The notes: a model not told the origin generated them from the letters alone. 64,000 nt of DNA from an uncultured Actinomycetes bacterium (GCA_963755025.1 CAVWIH010000017.1:32001-96000), one strand, 5' to 3'. Counted from the first letter of the stretch, positions 47,682 to 59,243 are shown. Translations and numbers: made by a program.

Positions 47682-50600
47682 CCCAGACCCGCGACGGCAT
47701 CGACACGTCGCCGGTCGCCGCCGGCGCCGCCTTCAGGCCGGTCGACCACGACGTACGGCAGCGCGCCACGACCGACCTCGACACGACCTTCTTAGTCGAA
47801 GCCGGCGCCGGCACCGGCAAGACCAGCGTGCTGGTCGACCGCTACCTCGCCTGCCTGTCGGGCCCCGACGCGCCGCCCATCTCGTCGGTGGTCGCCATCA
47901 CCTTCACCGAGAAGGCCGCCGGCGAGCTGCGCCAGCGCATCCGCGGCGCCCTCGAGGCGCGGCTCGCGGGGCCCGACGCGGTGAGCGCGGCCCGTGCTGC
48001 GCCCGAGCGCGAGCGCCTCGCCGCCGCGCTCGACGGTCTCGACGACGCCCCTATCTCCACCATCCACGCCTTTGCCGCCCGCCTGCTGCGCGAACGACCC
48101 GTCGAAGCGGGCGTCGACCCCGCCTTCACGCAACTCGACCCGGTCGGTTCCGAGCTGTTGCGCGAGCGCCTGTGGCGCGACTGGCTGTCGGCCCTGCTCG
48201 ACGACGATCGCGCGGGCGCCCGCGCCGCGGGCCACGACGCCGATGGCGCCGGGGGCGACGTCTCTGGCGCCCTCGACGGCGAGGCCGCTGCCCGCCACGA
48301 TGCCGCGGCCCGCCACGAAGCCGCGATCCGCCGCGATGCTGCGGCCCTCTCCGACTCCGGCGGCGCGGCCGACCCCGACAGGCCGGGCGCCGGCGTGGCC
48401 GCCCTGCTGGCCGAGATCCTGCGCGCCGGCGTTAGCATCGAGCAGGTCGCCGGCCTCGCCCGGTTGCGCTTCGCCGAGCGCTACGCCGTCGACGACGCGG
48501 CCCCGCCCGCGGCGCCCGAGCTCGGCGTGGCCATCGCGACGCTCAAGGTCGCGGCGGCCGCGGTCGCCGACGCTACCCGCGAATGCGCCGACGACGCCGA
48601 CCGGCTCAAGAGCGGCAGCCTCGGTCTGGCCGGCGCGGTCGCGGCGCTGCCCGGCAGCGACGACCTGCACCGACTCGGCCGCGCGCTCACCGCCCTCGCC
48701 GCCCGCGCCGGCTCGTTCGCCGCTCGCAACGCCGGCAAGGCGGCCAACTGGCCGGGCGGCAAAGACGCCATGCTGGCGACCCGCGACGCCCTGCGCGACG
48801 ACTTGCGGGCCGCGGCCGACGACTACGGCGCGTACGTCGTCGGTCTTGCCCTGGCGGTGGCCGCCGACTTCTCGCGCTACGCCTCGCAGGCGCAACGCAA
48901 CGCCGGCGCGCTCGACTTCGACGACCTGCTCGGGCGCGCTCGCGACCTGCTGTCGGGTGTGCGCGAGCCCGACAAGGCCAGGGTCGTCGCGACCCGCCGT
49001 CACTTTCAGCGCCGCTACCGCTACCTGCTGCTCGACGAGTTCCAGGATACCGATCCGCTGCAAGCCGAGATCGCCTTTCTGCTCGCCGAGCGCGAGGCCA
49101 CCGCGAAGAGCTGGGGCGAGGTCGAGCTGCAACCCGGCAAGCTGTTCCTGGTGGGCGACCCCAAACAGTCGATCTACCGCTTTCGACGGGCCGATATCGC
49201 CATGTACCACGAGGTCGGCGAGCTGCTCAGGCGCCAGGGCGGCGAGGTCCTCACCCTGCGCCAGAACTTCCGCACGGTGGCCTCGGTCGTCGGCTGGGTC
49301 AACGGCGCGTTCGACGAGCTCATCGGCCCCGACGAGCTGCCGGGCCTGCAGCCGGCCTACTCGGCGCTCACGCCCGCGCGGGCCGACGGCGAGCCCGGCC
49401 GCAACGTGGTCGTGGTCGCGGCGCCGGAGGGCGCGCCCGGCGCCGGCGCCGAGGCGCGCGCGCCGATCCTGGCCGACCTTTGTCGCCGCGAGGCCGACCT
49501 CATCGCCGCCCTGCTCACCGACCGCGAGCGCCTGGGCTGGCGCGTGCACGCGGGCAAAGGTCCGCACGACGGCTGGCGCACCGCGCAGCCGGGCGACGTC
49601 GCCATCCTGCTGCCCACCTTCACCTTCGTCGGCTTCTACGAACAGGCGCTGCGCGAGGCCGGTCTGCCGTACCGGGTCGACGGCGGCCGCACCTTCTTCA
49701 ACCGGCGCGAGGTGCTCGACACGCTGGCGGTGCTCCAGGCGCTCGACACGGCCGCCGACCCCGTCGCCGTCTACTCGGCCCTGCACGGGCAGCTCTTCGC
49801 GTTCTCCGACGACGACCTCTACGAGTACCACGCCGCCGGCGGCGAGTTCGACTACCTGGGCGCCGCGGCGCCGGCCGGATTCCCCGACATCGCCGCGGCG
49901 CTCGCCGATCTGCGCGCGCTCCACGAGCGGCGCAACCTGCGGCCGCCCGCCGAGACGCTCGACGACCTGGTGCGCCGCACCGGCCTGCTCGAGAGCCTCG
50001 CCCTGTGGGCCGACGATCCCGACCAGGCCATCGGCAACATCGCCGAGCTCGTGTCGCTCGCCGACGAGTTCGCGCAGAGCGCCGAGGCCACGTTCCACGC
50101 CTTCGTGGCCAAGACGGCGCATGACGTGTCGGCCGCCGACACCGCCGAGTCGCCGGTCGGCGAACCCGGCGCCTTCGTGCGCCTCATGACCGTCCACAAG
50201 GCCAAGGGTCTCGAGTTCCCCATCGTCGTGCTGGCCGGCGCCATGCGCGCCGCCCGATCCGCGAGTCGCGACCCGCTCGTCGATCGCGGCGCCCGGCGGC
50301 TCGACTGCGCGCTCACCTGCCCCTCGCCCGATCCCGGCAAGCCGGGCGCCACCGTGCGCCTGCAGACGGCCGGCTACGAACCGCGCTTCGCCCTCGAAAA
50401 GCAGGCCCTCGAACACGAACGCGTGCGGCTTCTCTACGTGGCGCTCACCAGGGCCGCCGACCTGCTCGTGCTGCCGGTCGTCACCGCCGATCCGGGCGCC
50501 GGCTCCTTGCAGTCGCTCTGGCAGGCGACGTTGCCCGAGGGCGTCTTGGCGGCGGCGGTCGCGAGCCCGAGCGCGCCCGACGACCTCCCCGGCGATGCGT

Positions 50601-51562
50601 CCATGGGTCTGTCCGACGAGCCGCCCGGCGACGAGTCCGGCGCCGCGGACGGCCACGCCTTCCTGCGCGTCGAGAGGTGGCAGCCGCACGAAGCGGCCGA
50701 GCTGCCGGCGCCGCCGCGCCCGCCCGACGCCGACCCGTTGCCCCTGCGCGAGGCGTGGCGCGAGGAGCGCCGTGCGCTCCTCGCGCGGGCCTCGCGCGCC
50801 GCGCCGATCTTCGCGCCGAGCTCCCTCGAACGCCTCGAAGCGCCCGACTGGGGCGACGGCGTCGGCCTCGCACCGACGGTCGCCTTGGCGCCGGCGGCCG
50901 GCCTCGCGGCGCCGCCCGCCGATCTCGCGGCCCAGGCCACCGGCCCCGCGCCGACGAGCGCTCACCTTGCGGCAGCAGCCGGCGCCGCGCCGGGCGCGGC
51001 GGGTCCCGGCTCAGGCCGCGCCCACGCGCTGGCCCTGGGCACGGCCGTCCACTTCGTGCTCGAACGCGTCGACCTCGACGACGACGCCGGGCTCGACGGG
51101 CTCGCCGCACAGGCCGCCGCTCAGGCGCACCTGTCCGACGACGCCGGCCGTGTCGCGACCCTGGCGCGCGCCTGTTGGCGGGCGGCGCCGCTGCGCGGCG
51201 CCGCCCGCAGCGCCCACCACCGCGAGCTGGCCGTCTGCGCCCGCCACGGCGACTGGCTGATCGAGGGCGCCATCGACCTCATCTACCGCGACGACGAGCT
51301 CGGCGGCTGGGTCGTCGTCGACTACAAGACCGACGCCCGCCCGCGCCCCGAAGCGGTGGGCGCCCAGTACGGCGGACAGGCGGGCGCCTATGCCCTGGCC
51401 TTCGAGGCCGCCGGCGGCGGGCCGGTGGTCGCCGTGCGCGTGCTGCTGGCGGCGCTGCCCGACGCGGCCGGCGCGGCGACGGTGGTCGACCTGCCCGTCG
51501 ACCAGGCCCTGCGCGACCTCGTCGAGTCGCGTCTGCGCGAGGGCGCCGCCGTAACGTCGTAG
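47678..51562 (+). CDS. addA: AddA-like UvrD helicase-nuclease
   Basis: EAGAGTGKT, ITFTEKAA, TIHAF, LDEFQDT, VGDPKQSIYRFR, TVHKAKGLEF, LYVALTRA, GAIDL...VDYKTD; GTGA overlap with addB. Confidence 0.88.
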   Translation: MTQTRDGIDTSPVAAGAAFRPVDHDVRQRATTDLDTTFLVEAGAGTGKTSVLVDRYLACLSGPDAPPISSVVAITFTEKAAGELRQRIRGALEARLAGPDAVSAARAAPERERLAAALDGLDDAPISTIHAFAARLLRERPVEAGVDPAFTQLDPVGSELLRERLWRDWLSALLDDDRAGARAAGHDADGAGGDVSGALDGEAAARHDAAARHEAAIRRDAAALSDSGGAADPDRPGAGVAALLAEILRAGVSIEQVAGLARLRFAERYAVDDAAPPAAPELGVAIATLKVAAAAVADATRECADDADRLKSGSLGLAGAVAALPGSDDLHRLGRALTALAARAGSFAARNAGKAANWPGGKDAMLATRDALRDDLRAAADDYGAYVVGLALAVAADFSRYASQAQRNAGALDFDDLLGRARDLLSGVREPDKARVVATRRHFQRRYRYLLLDEFQDTDPLQAEIAFLLAEREATAKSWGEVELQPGKLFLVGDPKQSIYRFRRADIAMYHEVGELLRRQGGEVLTLRQNFRTVASVVGWVNGAFDELIGPDELPGLQPAYSALTPARADGEPGRNVVVVAAPEGAPGAGAEARAPILADLCRREADLIAALLTDRERLGWRVHAGKGPHDGWRTAQPGDVAILLPTFTFVGFYEQALREAGLPYRVDGGRTFFNRREVLDTLAVLQALDTAADPVAVYSALHGQLFAFSDDDLYEYHAAGGEFDYLGAAAPAGFPDIAAALADLRALHERRNLRPPAETLDDLVRRTGLLESLALWADDPDQAIGNIAELVSLADEFAQSAEATFHAFVAKTAHDVSAADTAESPVGEPGAFVRLMTVHKAKGLEFPIVVLAGAMRAARSASRDPLVDRGARRLDCALTCPSPDPGKPGATVRLQTAGYEPRFALEKQALEHERVRLLYVALTRAADLLVLPVVTADPGAGSLQSLWQATLPEGVLAAAVASPSAPDDLPGDASMGLSDEPPGDESGAADGHAFLRVERWQPHEAAELPAPPRPPDADPLPLREAWREERRALLARASRAAPIFAPSSLERLEAPDWGDGVGLAPTVALAPAAGLAAPPADLAAQATGPAPTSAHLAAAAGAAPGAAGPGSGRAHALALGTAVHFVLERVDLDDDAGLDGLAAQAAAQAHLSDDAGRVATLARACWRAAPLRGAARSAHHRELAVCARHGDWLIEGAIDLIYRDDELGGWVVVDYKTDARPRPEAVGAQYGGQAGAYALAFEAAGGGPVVAVRVLLAALPDAAGAATVVDLPVDQALRDLVESRLREGAAVTS

Positions 51563-51630
51563 TCGTGCGCCGGCGCCCGGGGCGGTGGGGCAGAGGCCGC
51601 CGCGCGATCCGCCAACGCGCCCCCCGCCTC

Positions 51631-51729
51631 AACGTGCGCCCCGCCGACGTGCGCCCCGCCAGCGTGCGCCCCGCCAGCGTGCGCCCGCCAACGTGAGCCC
51701 GCCAACGTGAGCCCGCCAACGTGAGCCCG
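51631..51729 (+). repeat. 14-15-bp tandem repeat, seven copies
   Basis: Units drift from AACGTGCGCCCCGCC to AACGTGAGCCCGCC. Confidence 0.88.
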
Positions 51730-51814
51730 GGCAAACGGTGCCCTCCTTGATGCCCGCCCGCCCCCGATGTAGCTTGGGCGGGGCTGGAATCTGGCCACTA
51801 CAGGGGGGGTCACC

Positions 51815-53774
51815 ATGCGCAGGTCATTGCGACTGATCGCCATGTCGCTCGTGCTCGGCGCGGCTCTTGCCGTGCTGCTGGTCACGAGCGCCGCAGCCGC
51901 TCCCGAGGGCAGTGCCAAGGTGAGCGGCAGCGTGCCGCCCTGGGCCAAGGCGGCGGCGCTGACGGCGCCCGCCGACGGGTCTGCCGCGGTGGGCTTTCAC
52001 GTCTACCTGGGCTGGCGCCACGGCGCCGACGTCACCGCGCTCGCCAAGGCGGTCTCCGACCCCTCGAGCGCGCGCTACGGCCGTTACCTGAGCCCGGCGC
52101 AGTTCCGCGCGCGCTTCGCGCCCAGTCGGGCCGACGTCGCCGCCGTCGTGCGCTGGCTCAAGAGCCAGGGATTCACGATCGCCGGCATCCCGGCGAACCG
52201 TCTTTACGTAGCCGCCACGGGCACCGTCGCGCAGGCCGAGATCGCCTTCCGCGTGCAGTTGAACGAGTACAGCGTCCAGGGCCTCACGCTGCGCGCGCCC
52301 GCGTCGGCCGTGAGCATCCCGGCGTCGCTCTCCGGCGTGGTCACCGCCGTGGTCGGTCTCGATCAGGGCGGCGAGCTCACCCACCCGCTGAGCAGCAGGA
52401 TCATCGCGCCGCCACCGGCCGGCTTTCGCAACGGCCAGCCGTGGTCGCTGTTCTGGGGCCAGACGATCGCCACGACCCTGCCCAAGGCCTACGGCAGCGC
52501 CCAGCCTTACGCGGTGCGCGGCTACACCCCGGCTCAGCTGCGCGGCGCCTACGGCGTGGCCAGGGCCATCAAGCGCGGCAACGACGGCAGCGGGGTGACC
52601 GTGGCGATCATCGACGCCTATGCCGCGCCGACCATCGTCTACGACGTGAATCGCTACTCCAAAGACAACGGCATCCCGACCTTCACCAGGGGACAGTTCA
52701 CGCAGGTCTGGGCGCCCGGCCTGGTCGCCGAGCCCGCCCAGGGCGACGAGCAGGACTGGTACGGCGAGGAGACCCTCGACGTCGAGGCCGTGCACAGCAT
52801 GGCGCCCGGCGCCCGCATCGTCTACGTGGGCGCCCTGACGAGCTCCGACACCGACATGGACGCCGCCCTGAACTGGGTCGTCGACCGTCGCGCCGCGCGC
52901 ATCGTCAGCAACTCGTACGGCGACGCCGGCGAAGGAGTGCCGGCCGACCTCGTCAAGGCCGAGAGCGCGATCTTCGTGCAGGCCGCGGTCGAGGGCATCG
53001 GCCTCTACTTCTCGTCGGGCGACGACGGCGACGAGGTCGCCAACCTCGGTGAGCGCACGGTCGACTGGCCCACCTCGAGCCCCTGGATCACCGACGTCGG
53101 CGGCACCTCGCTGGGCGTGAACGCCCGGAACGGCTACGCTCTTCGAGACCGGCTGGGGCACCACCAAGAGCGTGCTCACCGACAACGTCTGGACGCCCAC
53201 GCCGCCCGGCGACTATCTCTACGGCAGCGGCGGCGGCACCAGCAAGCTCTTCGTCGAGCCCTGGTATCAGTTCGGCATCGTGCCCAAGGCCATCAGCCAC
53301 TACTTCTCGGTCGTTCCCGGGCGCGCCGTGCCCGACGTCGCCATGGACGGCGACCCCACGACCGGCATGCTCGTCGGCGAGACGCAGACCTGGTCAGACG
53401 GCAGCGTCTCCTACGACACCTATCGCATCGGCGGCACCAGCGTGTCGTGTCCGCTGTTCGCCGGCGTCATGGCGCTCGCCGACCAGCGGGCGGGCCACGC
53501 GCACGGCTTCGCCAACCCGGCGCTCTACGCGGCGCTGCGCCGGGGCGCCTACCGCGACGTCGTCGACCCGCCCGGCATCATGGCGGCGGTGCGCAGCGAC
53601 TTCGCCAACGGCGAAGACGCGACCGACGGCATCATCTACTCGCTGCGCACGTTCAACCAGACCGGCACGCTGCACACCCTGCCCGGCTACGACGACGTGA
53701 CCGGCATGGGCAGCCCCAACGGCGAGGCTTTCCTGAACGCGCTCAGTCGCTTCGGGTCGGGGCACAGGCACTAG
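51815..53774 (+). CDS. Secreted S53 (sedolisin) peptidase with prodomain; +1 frameshift near 53138
   Basis: Signal peptide, YLSPAQFRARFAP prodomain, EETLDVE, SSGDDG, then in the shifted frame FETGWG, RAVPDVA, GGTSVSCP, GYDDVTGMGSP. Confidence 0.85.
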
Positions 53775-53973
53775 GTCCACACGGCGCGGTCCAGGCCGCG
53801 CCGAGCCAAGCCGCGCGAGCGGCGCCGACGAGCTCCAAGGCGGCAGCCGGCGAGCTCGAGCGGTCGCTACGCGGCTTGAACGACAGCGACCGGGCAGGGC
53901 TGGAGACGAGCGTCCCCAGCCTTGCCCGACGCCGCGCCTGGTTCCGGCGACCGATCGCACAAAGGAGGGCCCG

Positions 53974-55446
53974 ATGAGCACAGAAGAGCCCATCCTGCTG
54001 ACCGGCGCCACCGGCTACATCGGTGGCCGCCTGGCGCCGCTGCTGGTGGCGGCCGGCCACCCCGTGCGCTGCCTGGTGCGCGACGCCGCCCGGCTGCGCG
54101 ACCGGTCGTGGGCGGCCCAGGTCGAGATCGTCGAGGGCGACCTCTTCGCGCCGGCCACGCTGCCGGCCGCCCTGCAGGGCGTGGCGACCGCCTACTACCT
54201 GGTGCACGCCATGGCCGCCGGGGCCGGCTTTCGTGCGCGCGACCTGCAGGCCGCACGCGCCTTCGGCCGCGCCGCGGCCGACGCCGGGGTGGCCCGCATC
54301 GTCTACCTAGGCGGCCTCGGCGACCCGCGCGGCGGCGGCCTCTCCGAGCACCTGCGATCACGCCACGAGGTGGGCGGCGAGCTCGCCGCCTCGGGCGTGC
54401 CGGTCACCGAGTTCCGCGCGGCCGTCGTGGTCGGCGCGGGCAGCCTGGGGTTCGAGATGATCCGCTACCTCACCGAGCGGCTGCCGGTCATGGTCTGCCC
54501 GCGCTGGGTCTACACGCGGGTGCAGCCCATCGCGGTCGACGACGCGCTCGCCTACCTCGTGGGCGCGCTCGACCTGCCTCCGGGCGCCGGCGTGATCGAG
54601 ATCGGCGGCGCCGACGTGCTCACCTACGGCGGCATGATGACGGGCTACGCCGCGGTGCGCGGCCTGCGCCGCCGCCTCGTGGCGGTGCCGGTGCTCACGC
54701 CGGTCCTGAGCTCTTACTGGGTGCACTTCGTCACGCCCATCCCCAGCGACATCGCGCGGCCCCTGATCGAGGGCCTGCGCAGCGAGGTCGTGGTGCGCGA
54801 CGACACGGCCGCCAGCCTGTTCCCCGACATCCACCCGGTCGACTACGACACGGCCGTGCGGCGCGCCCTGCGCAACTTCGACGAAGGCCGCGTCGAGACA
54901 ATCTGGAGCGACTCGCTGGCCAGCAGCCAGGCCGGCGAGAGGCCGGTCGTGCTGACCACCGCCGCCGGCTTTCTGATCGAGCGTCGCGACCTCGATGTGC
55001 GGGCGTCCGACGAGCGCGTCTTCGCCGCCGTCTGCGGCATCGGCGGCGGCCGCGGGTATCCGTTCTGGAACTGGTCGTGGCGGCTGCGCGGCGGGCTCGA
55101 CCGCCTGGTGGGCGGGGTGGGCCTGCGCCGCGGGCGGCGCGACCCCGACAAGCTGCGCGTCGGCGACGTGCTCGACTTCTGGCGCGTCGAAGCGCTCGTT
55201 CCCAACCGCCTGCTGCGGCTGCGCGCCGAGATGCGCGTGGCGGGCGGCGCCTGGCTGCAGTTCGAGTGCGAGCCGCGCGAGGGCGGCGTCACCAGACTCG
55301 CGCAGACCGCCTACTTCGCGCCGCACGGCCTCGCCGGGCTGCTCTACTGGTACGGGCTGTACCCCATCCACAAGGTGGTCTTCTCGGGCACCATCCGCGC
55401 CCTCGCGCAGGCCGCCGAGGCGGCGCCGCCTGTGGTCGGGCGATGA
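53974..55446 (+). CDS. Atypical SDR/NAD(P)-binding protein with DUF2867-like C-terminal domain
   Basis: TGATGYIGG, YYLVH, YLGGLG, HLRSRHEVG, GDVLDFWRVE...LRAEM...GLAGLLYWY. Confidence 0.88.
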   Translation: MSTEEPILLTGATGYIGGRLAPLLVAAGHPVRCLVRDAARLRDRSWAAQVEIVEGDLFAPATLPAALQGVATAYYLVHAMAAGAGFRARDLQAARAFGRAAADAGVARIVYLGGLGDPRGGGLSEHLRSRHEVGGELAASGVPVTEFRAAVVVGAGSLGFEMIRYLTERLPVMVCPRWVYTRVQPIAVDDALAYLVGALDLPPGAGVIEIGGADVLTYGGMMTGYAAVRGLRRRLVAVPVLTPVLSSYWVHFVTPIPSDIARPLIEGLRSEVVVRDDTAASLFPDIHPVDYDTAVRRALRNFDEGRVETIWSDSLASSQAGERPVVLTTAAGFLIERRDLDVRASDERVFAAVCGIGGGRGYPFWNWSWRLRGGLDRLVGGVGLRRGRRDPDKLRVGDVLDFWRVEALVPNRLLRLRAEMRVAGGAWLQFECEPREGGVTRLAQTAYFAPHGLAGLLYWYGLYPIHKVVFSGTIRALAQAAEAAPPVVGR

Positions 55447-56120
55447 CGGTGCGGGCCGACCTGCCGGCGTGCCGCTTCTCGGTGTGGCTGGCCGGCATGC
55501 GCGCGGCGCTGCTCGAGGGCCGCGGGGTCGACGTGCCCTGTGGCGAGTGCACGGCCTGCTGCACGTCGTCGTACTTCGTGCACATCGAGTCCGGCGAGAC
55601 CCAGACGCTCGCTCGTATAGCTCCCGAGCTCGTCTTCGCCGTACCCGGCGCTCCCGGCCGCCGGCTGCTCGGCTACGACCGGCGGGGCCGGTGCCCCATG
55701 CTGAGCGCGGCCGAGACCTGCTCGATCTACGCCGATCGTCCCCTGACCTGCCGCGTCTACGACTGCCGCGTGTTCGCCGCGGCCGGCGTCTCGGCCGACC
55801 GCGAGGCGATCGCGCGGCGCGCGCAGCGCTGGAGGTTCGCGTGCCCCACCGCCGCCGACCGCGACCAGATGGCGGCGGTCCGGGCCGCCGCCGGGTTCCT
55901 CGCGGAGCACGCCGAGTGCTTTCCCGGCGGCGCCGTGCCCGACGATCCGGCGCAACTGGCCCTTCTCGCGATCAAGACTTACCCCGTCTTTCTCGCGGGC
56001 GGCGAGGGTTCGACTCTGCCGCTCGACGTCGCGGCCCGGCCTGCCGTCGCGGCGGCCGTGGTCGCCGCCAACGAGGCCTTCGGGGCACGACGCGGTGGGG
56101 GCGCCGCCCGCAGCGGTTGA
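55443..56120 (+). CDS. YkgJ-family cysteine-cluster protein
   Basis: CGECTACC...CPML...CSIYADRPLTCRVYDC; ATGA overlap with the upstream gene. Confidence 0.85.
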   Translation: MTVRADLPACRFSVWLAGMRAALLEGRGVDVPCGECTACCTSSYFVHIESGETQTLARIAPELVFAVPGAPGRRLLGYDRRGRCPMLSAAETCSIYADRPLTCRVYDCRVFAAAGVSADREAIARRAQRWRFACPTAADRDQMAAVRAAAGFLAEHAECFPGGAVPDDPAQLALLAIKTYPVFLAGGEGSTLPLDVAARPAVAAAVVAANEAFGARRGGGAARSG

Positions 56121-56354
56121 CGCGCCGCCCCGCGCCCCCGTAGAGTCGCCCTCACGACCACTCACCCCCGGAAGACCTCGGAGGCGGCGACGAAACCAGA
56201 CTTCACAGAGTTGACGCCCGTCCAGGTCGACCAGCCTCCTCCCGCCTGAGCGCCTTGTGGCGCGGCTACGCCGCGCCGCCCCCGCAAGGCCGATAGACGC
56301 GGACGCCGCCCACTGCGGCACCACCACTGCAGCGCTACCATCAGTCGCGCGACC

Positions 56355-56400
56355 GTGCCTCGAGGCACTTCTGTCAACGTGGCGTCCGCGCACGTATACT
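56355..56400 (+). promoter_or_regulatory. Putative sigma-70 promoter of the ornithine operon with an upstream palindrome
   Basis: CTGTCA-N18-TATACT (56371-56400); perfect palindrome GTGCCTCGAGGCAC at 56355-56368. Confidence 0.5.
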
Positions 56401-56441
56401 TGCATCAATTCTATTCAGGCACGGCATCCCTGGGAGGGACC

Positions 56442-57452
56442 ATGATCAAGGTAGTCGAATGGGGCACCGGCGAGATGGGGCAGGGGCTCCTCAAGTTCAT
56501 CCTCGACCGGCCCAAGGACATCGAGCTCACCGGCTGCATCGTCACGAACCCCGCCAAAGAGGGCAAGACCGTCGGCGAGCTGCTCGACCGCCCCTGCGAC
56601 GTCAAGATGACCACCGACTTCGAGAAGGTGCTCGCCACCAAGCCCGACGTCGTCTGCATCAACACCCAGTCCAACTTGAACGAGGTCGAGCCGCAGATCG
56701 TGCCGGCCGCCAAGTCGGGCGCCGACGTCATCTGCATCGCCGAGAAGCTCGCCTACCCGTGGGCCAGCGACCCGGAGCGCGCCGACCTGTTCGACCGCGT
56801 CGCCAAAGAGAACAACGTCTCCATTTTGGGCACCGGCATCAACCCCGGCTTCATGCTCGACGCCCTCATCGTCATGTGGAGCTCGATCTGCATGCGCGTC
56901 GACAGCATCGAGGCCTCGCGCGTGAACGACCTCTCGCCGTTCGGTCCCACCGTCATGACCGGCCAGGGCGTGGGCACCACGGTCGAGCAGTTCGAGAAGG
57001 GCGTCGCCGACGGCAGCATCGTGGGCCACATCGGGTTCCCTGAGTCGATCGAGCTCATCGCCAAGGCCCTCGGCTGGAAGATCGACGAGATCGTCGAGAC
57101 CCGCGAGCCCATCGTCACCAAGGTCGAGCGCTCCACGCCGCACGTCAAGGTGCCGGCGGGCTGGGTCGCCGGCTGCAAGCAGGTCGGCAAGGGCTACAGC
57201 GACGGTGAGCTCAAGATCCACCTGATCCACCCCCAGCAGATCCACCCCGAGCTGGCCGACCAGGGCACCGGCGACTACATCAAGATCATCGGCGACCCCA
57301 TGGTGAACATGGCCAACACCCCCGAGATCCCGGGCGGCAAGGGCACCTACGCGAGCACCGGCAACTACATCCCGCTCATGAAGGCCGCCCCGGCCGGCAT
57401 GCTGACCGTCGTCGACATGCCGCTGCCGCGGTTCCTGGGCCCCACCAAGTAG
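56442..57452 (+). CDS. ord: 2,4-diaminopentanoate dehydrogenase
   Basis: WGTGEMG, LGTGINPGF, RVNDLSPFG, IVGHIGFPES, HPQQIHP, PEIPGGKGT; operon context. Confidence 0.9.
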   Translation: MIKVVEWGTGEMGQGLLKFILDRPKDIELTGCIVTNPAKEGKTVGELLDRPCDVKMTTDFEKVLATKPDVVCINTQSNLNEVEPQIVPAAKSGADVICIAEKLAYPWASDPERADLFDRVAKENNVSILGTGINPGFMLDALIVMWSSICMRVDSIEASRVNDLSPFGPTVMTGQGVGTTVEQFEKGVADGSIVGHIGFPESIELIAKALGWKIDEIVETREPIVTKVERSTPHVKVPAGWVAGCKQVGKGYSDGELKIHLIHPQQIHPELADQGTGDYIKIIGDPMVNMANTPEIPGGKGTYASTGNYIPLMKAAPAGMLTVVDMPLPRFLGPTK

Positions 57453-57487
57453 ACCGACTCCTACATCAGGAGCGAAAGAAGGACCGC

Positions 57488-57820
57488 ATGACTGAGACAC
57501 AGCAGGCCCACGCGGGCGACTGGGTCGAGGTCGAGTGCGTGCTGCTCGAGCCCGCCGACAGGTCGACGAACCTGCCGCCGGAGACCGCCGAGAAGCCCCT
57601 CAAGATGTGGGTCAAAGGGTTCGCCGAGGGCCAAGCGGCCCTCGGCGGACCCGTCACGGTCGAGACCATGACGGGCCGCAAGGTCGCGGGCACGCTGTCG
57701 GCGATCAACCCCGGGTACTTCCACACCTTCGGCGAGCCGATTCCCGAGCTCGCGCACATCGGCAAAGACCTGCGCGCCCGGCTCGCGGCCTATCGCGCCG
57801 CCCAAAGCGGGGGTGCCTGA
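57488..57820 (+). CDS. ortA: 2-amino-4-ketopentanoate thiolase alpha subunit
   Basis: GDWVE...LPPETAEKPLKMWVKGF...TGR...NPGYFHTFGEPIPEL. Confidence 0.92.
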   Translation: MTETQQAHAGDWVEVECVLLEPADRSTNLPPETAEKPLKMWVKGFAEGQAALGGPVTVETMTGRKVAGTLSAINPGYFHTFGEPIPELAHIGKDLRARLAAYRAAQSGGA

Positions 57821-59243
57821 TGGCCAGCAAGTTCGACGCCATCATGGCCCGTCGCGGCGAGATCATGCGCCGCGCGCTGGGCATGGACTACAGCGAGTTC
57901 GAGCTGTCGCCGATCGCCTTCGACTACGAACGCATGATGGGCGACCACGGCTACAGCCTCGACGACATCGTCGCCATCCAGACCAAGGCCGGCGTGGGCC
58001 ACACGCCGCTGCTCGAGCTGCACAACCTGACCGACCTCGTGCGTTCCGTGAGCCGCGGCCGGGCAAGGGCGCGCGCCTGTTCGTCAAAGACGAGGCCGCC
58101 AACCTGGCCGGCGCCTTCAAGGACCGCCGCGCCTCGGTCTCCATCCACGTCGCTCGAGAGAAGGGCTACGAGGGCGTCATCGCCGCGACCTCGGGCAACT
58201 ACGGCGCCGCGGTCGGCCAGCCAGGCGGCCCGCGCCAGCCTGCGCTGCATCATCGTCCAGGAGGCATACGACAGCCGCAAGATCGGCCAGCCCGAGATCG
58301 TCGAGAAGGCCCGCATCTGCGAGGCCTACGGCGCCGAGGTCGTGCAGCTCACGGTCGGTCCCGAGCTCTTCTTCGCACTTGGTCGAGCTGCTCGACCAGA
58401 CCGGCTACTTCGCCGCCTCGCTGTACAGCTCGTTCGGCGTCTCGGGCATCGAGACCCTCGGCCTCGAGGTCGCCGAGGAGATGCGCGCCCTGACCGGCGC
58501 CGCCCCGACCGCCTGCGTCGTCACTCACGCCGGCGGCGGCAACACCACCGGCACCGCCCGCGGCCTGCAGCCGCGCCGGCGCCGCCGACACGCAGATCGT
58601 GGCCGCCTCGGTCGACCTGTCGGGCCTGCACATGGCCTCCGACGTCGACTTCAACCGCAAGAGCTTCACCACCGGCCACACCGGCTTCGGCGTGCCCTTC
58701 GCCACCTGGCCCGACCGCGCCGACGTGCCGCGCAACGCGGCCCGGCCGCTGCGCTACATCGACCGTTACCTCACGGTCACCCAGGGCGAGGTCTTCTACA
58801 TGACCGAGGCTCTGGTCAAGCTCGAGGGCCTCGAGCGCGGCCCGGCCGGCAACACGGCCATGACGGCCGCCGTCTCGCTGGCCCGCGAACTGCCGCGCGA
58901 GGCCACCGTCGTGGTGCAGGAGACCGAGTACACGGGCGCCGGCAAGCACCACTGGGCGCAGCTCAACTTCGCCCGCCAGATGGGCGTCGAGGTGCGCTCC
59001 GGCGACCCGCGCGACAACAAGCCGGGCACGGTGATCGTCGTGCCCGAACGCCTCGAGCAGATCCAGGCCGTCGACTTCGACGTCGCCCACATGCGCTCAA
59101 GCTACGTGCGCAACGCGGTGCAGGCGGCGCCCGAGGGCTACACGCCGACCGCCGCCGACATCGCCTTCCTGGCCGCCGACTCAGGCTCGAGCGCGGCCGA
59201 CGTCGAAGCGATGCTCGCCGACCTCGCCGCCAAGGAGGCCTGA
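57820..59243 (+). CDS. ortB: 2-amino-4-ketopentanoate thiolase beta subunit (PLP); four apparent frameshifts near 58056, 58216, 58378 and 58570
   Basis: Segments in successive frames: IAFDYE...VGHTPLLEL / PGKGARLFVKDE...FKDRRA...ATSGNYGAAV / SQAA...GQPEIVEK...GPELF / THAGGGN / GLHMASD...RKSFTTGHTGFG...LERGPAGN. Confidence 0.85.

Noticed and set aside
56400-56418. ARG box at the ord promoter (TGCAT...ATTCA)
   Set aside because: Half-site spacing is 7 nt rather than the canonical 4.
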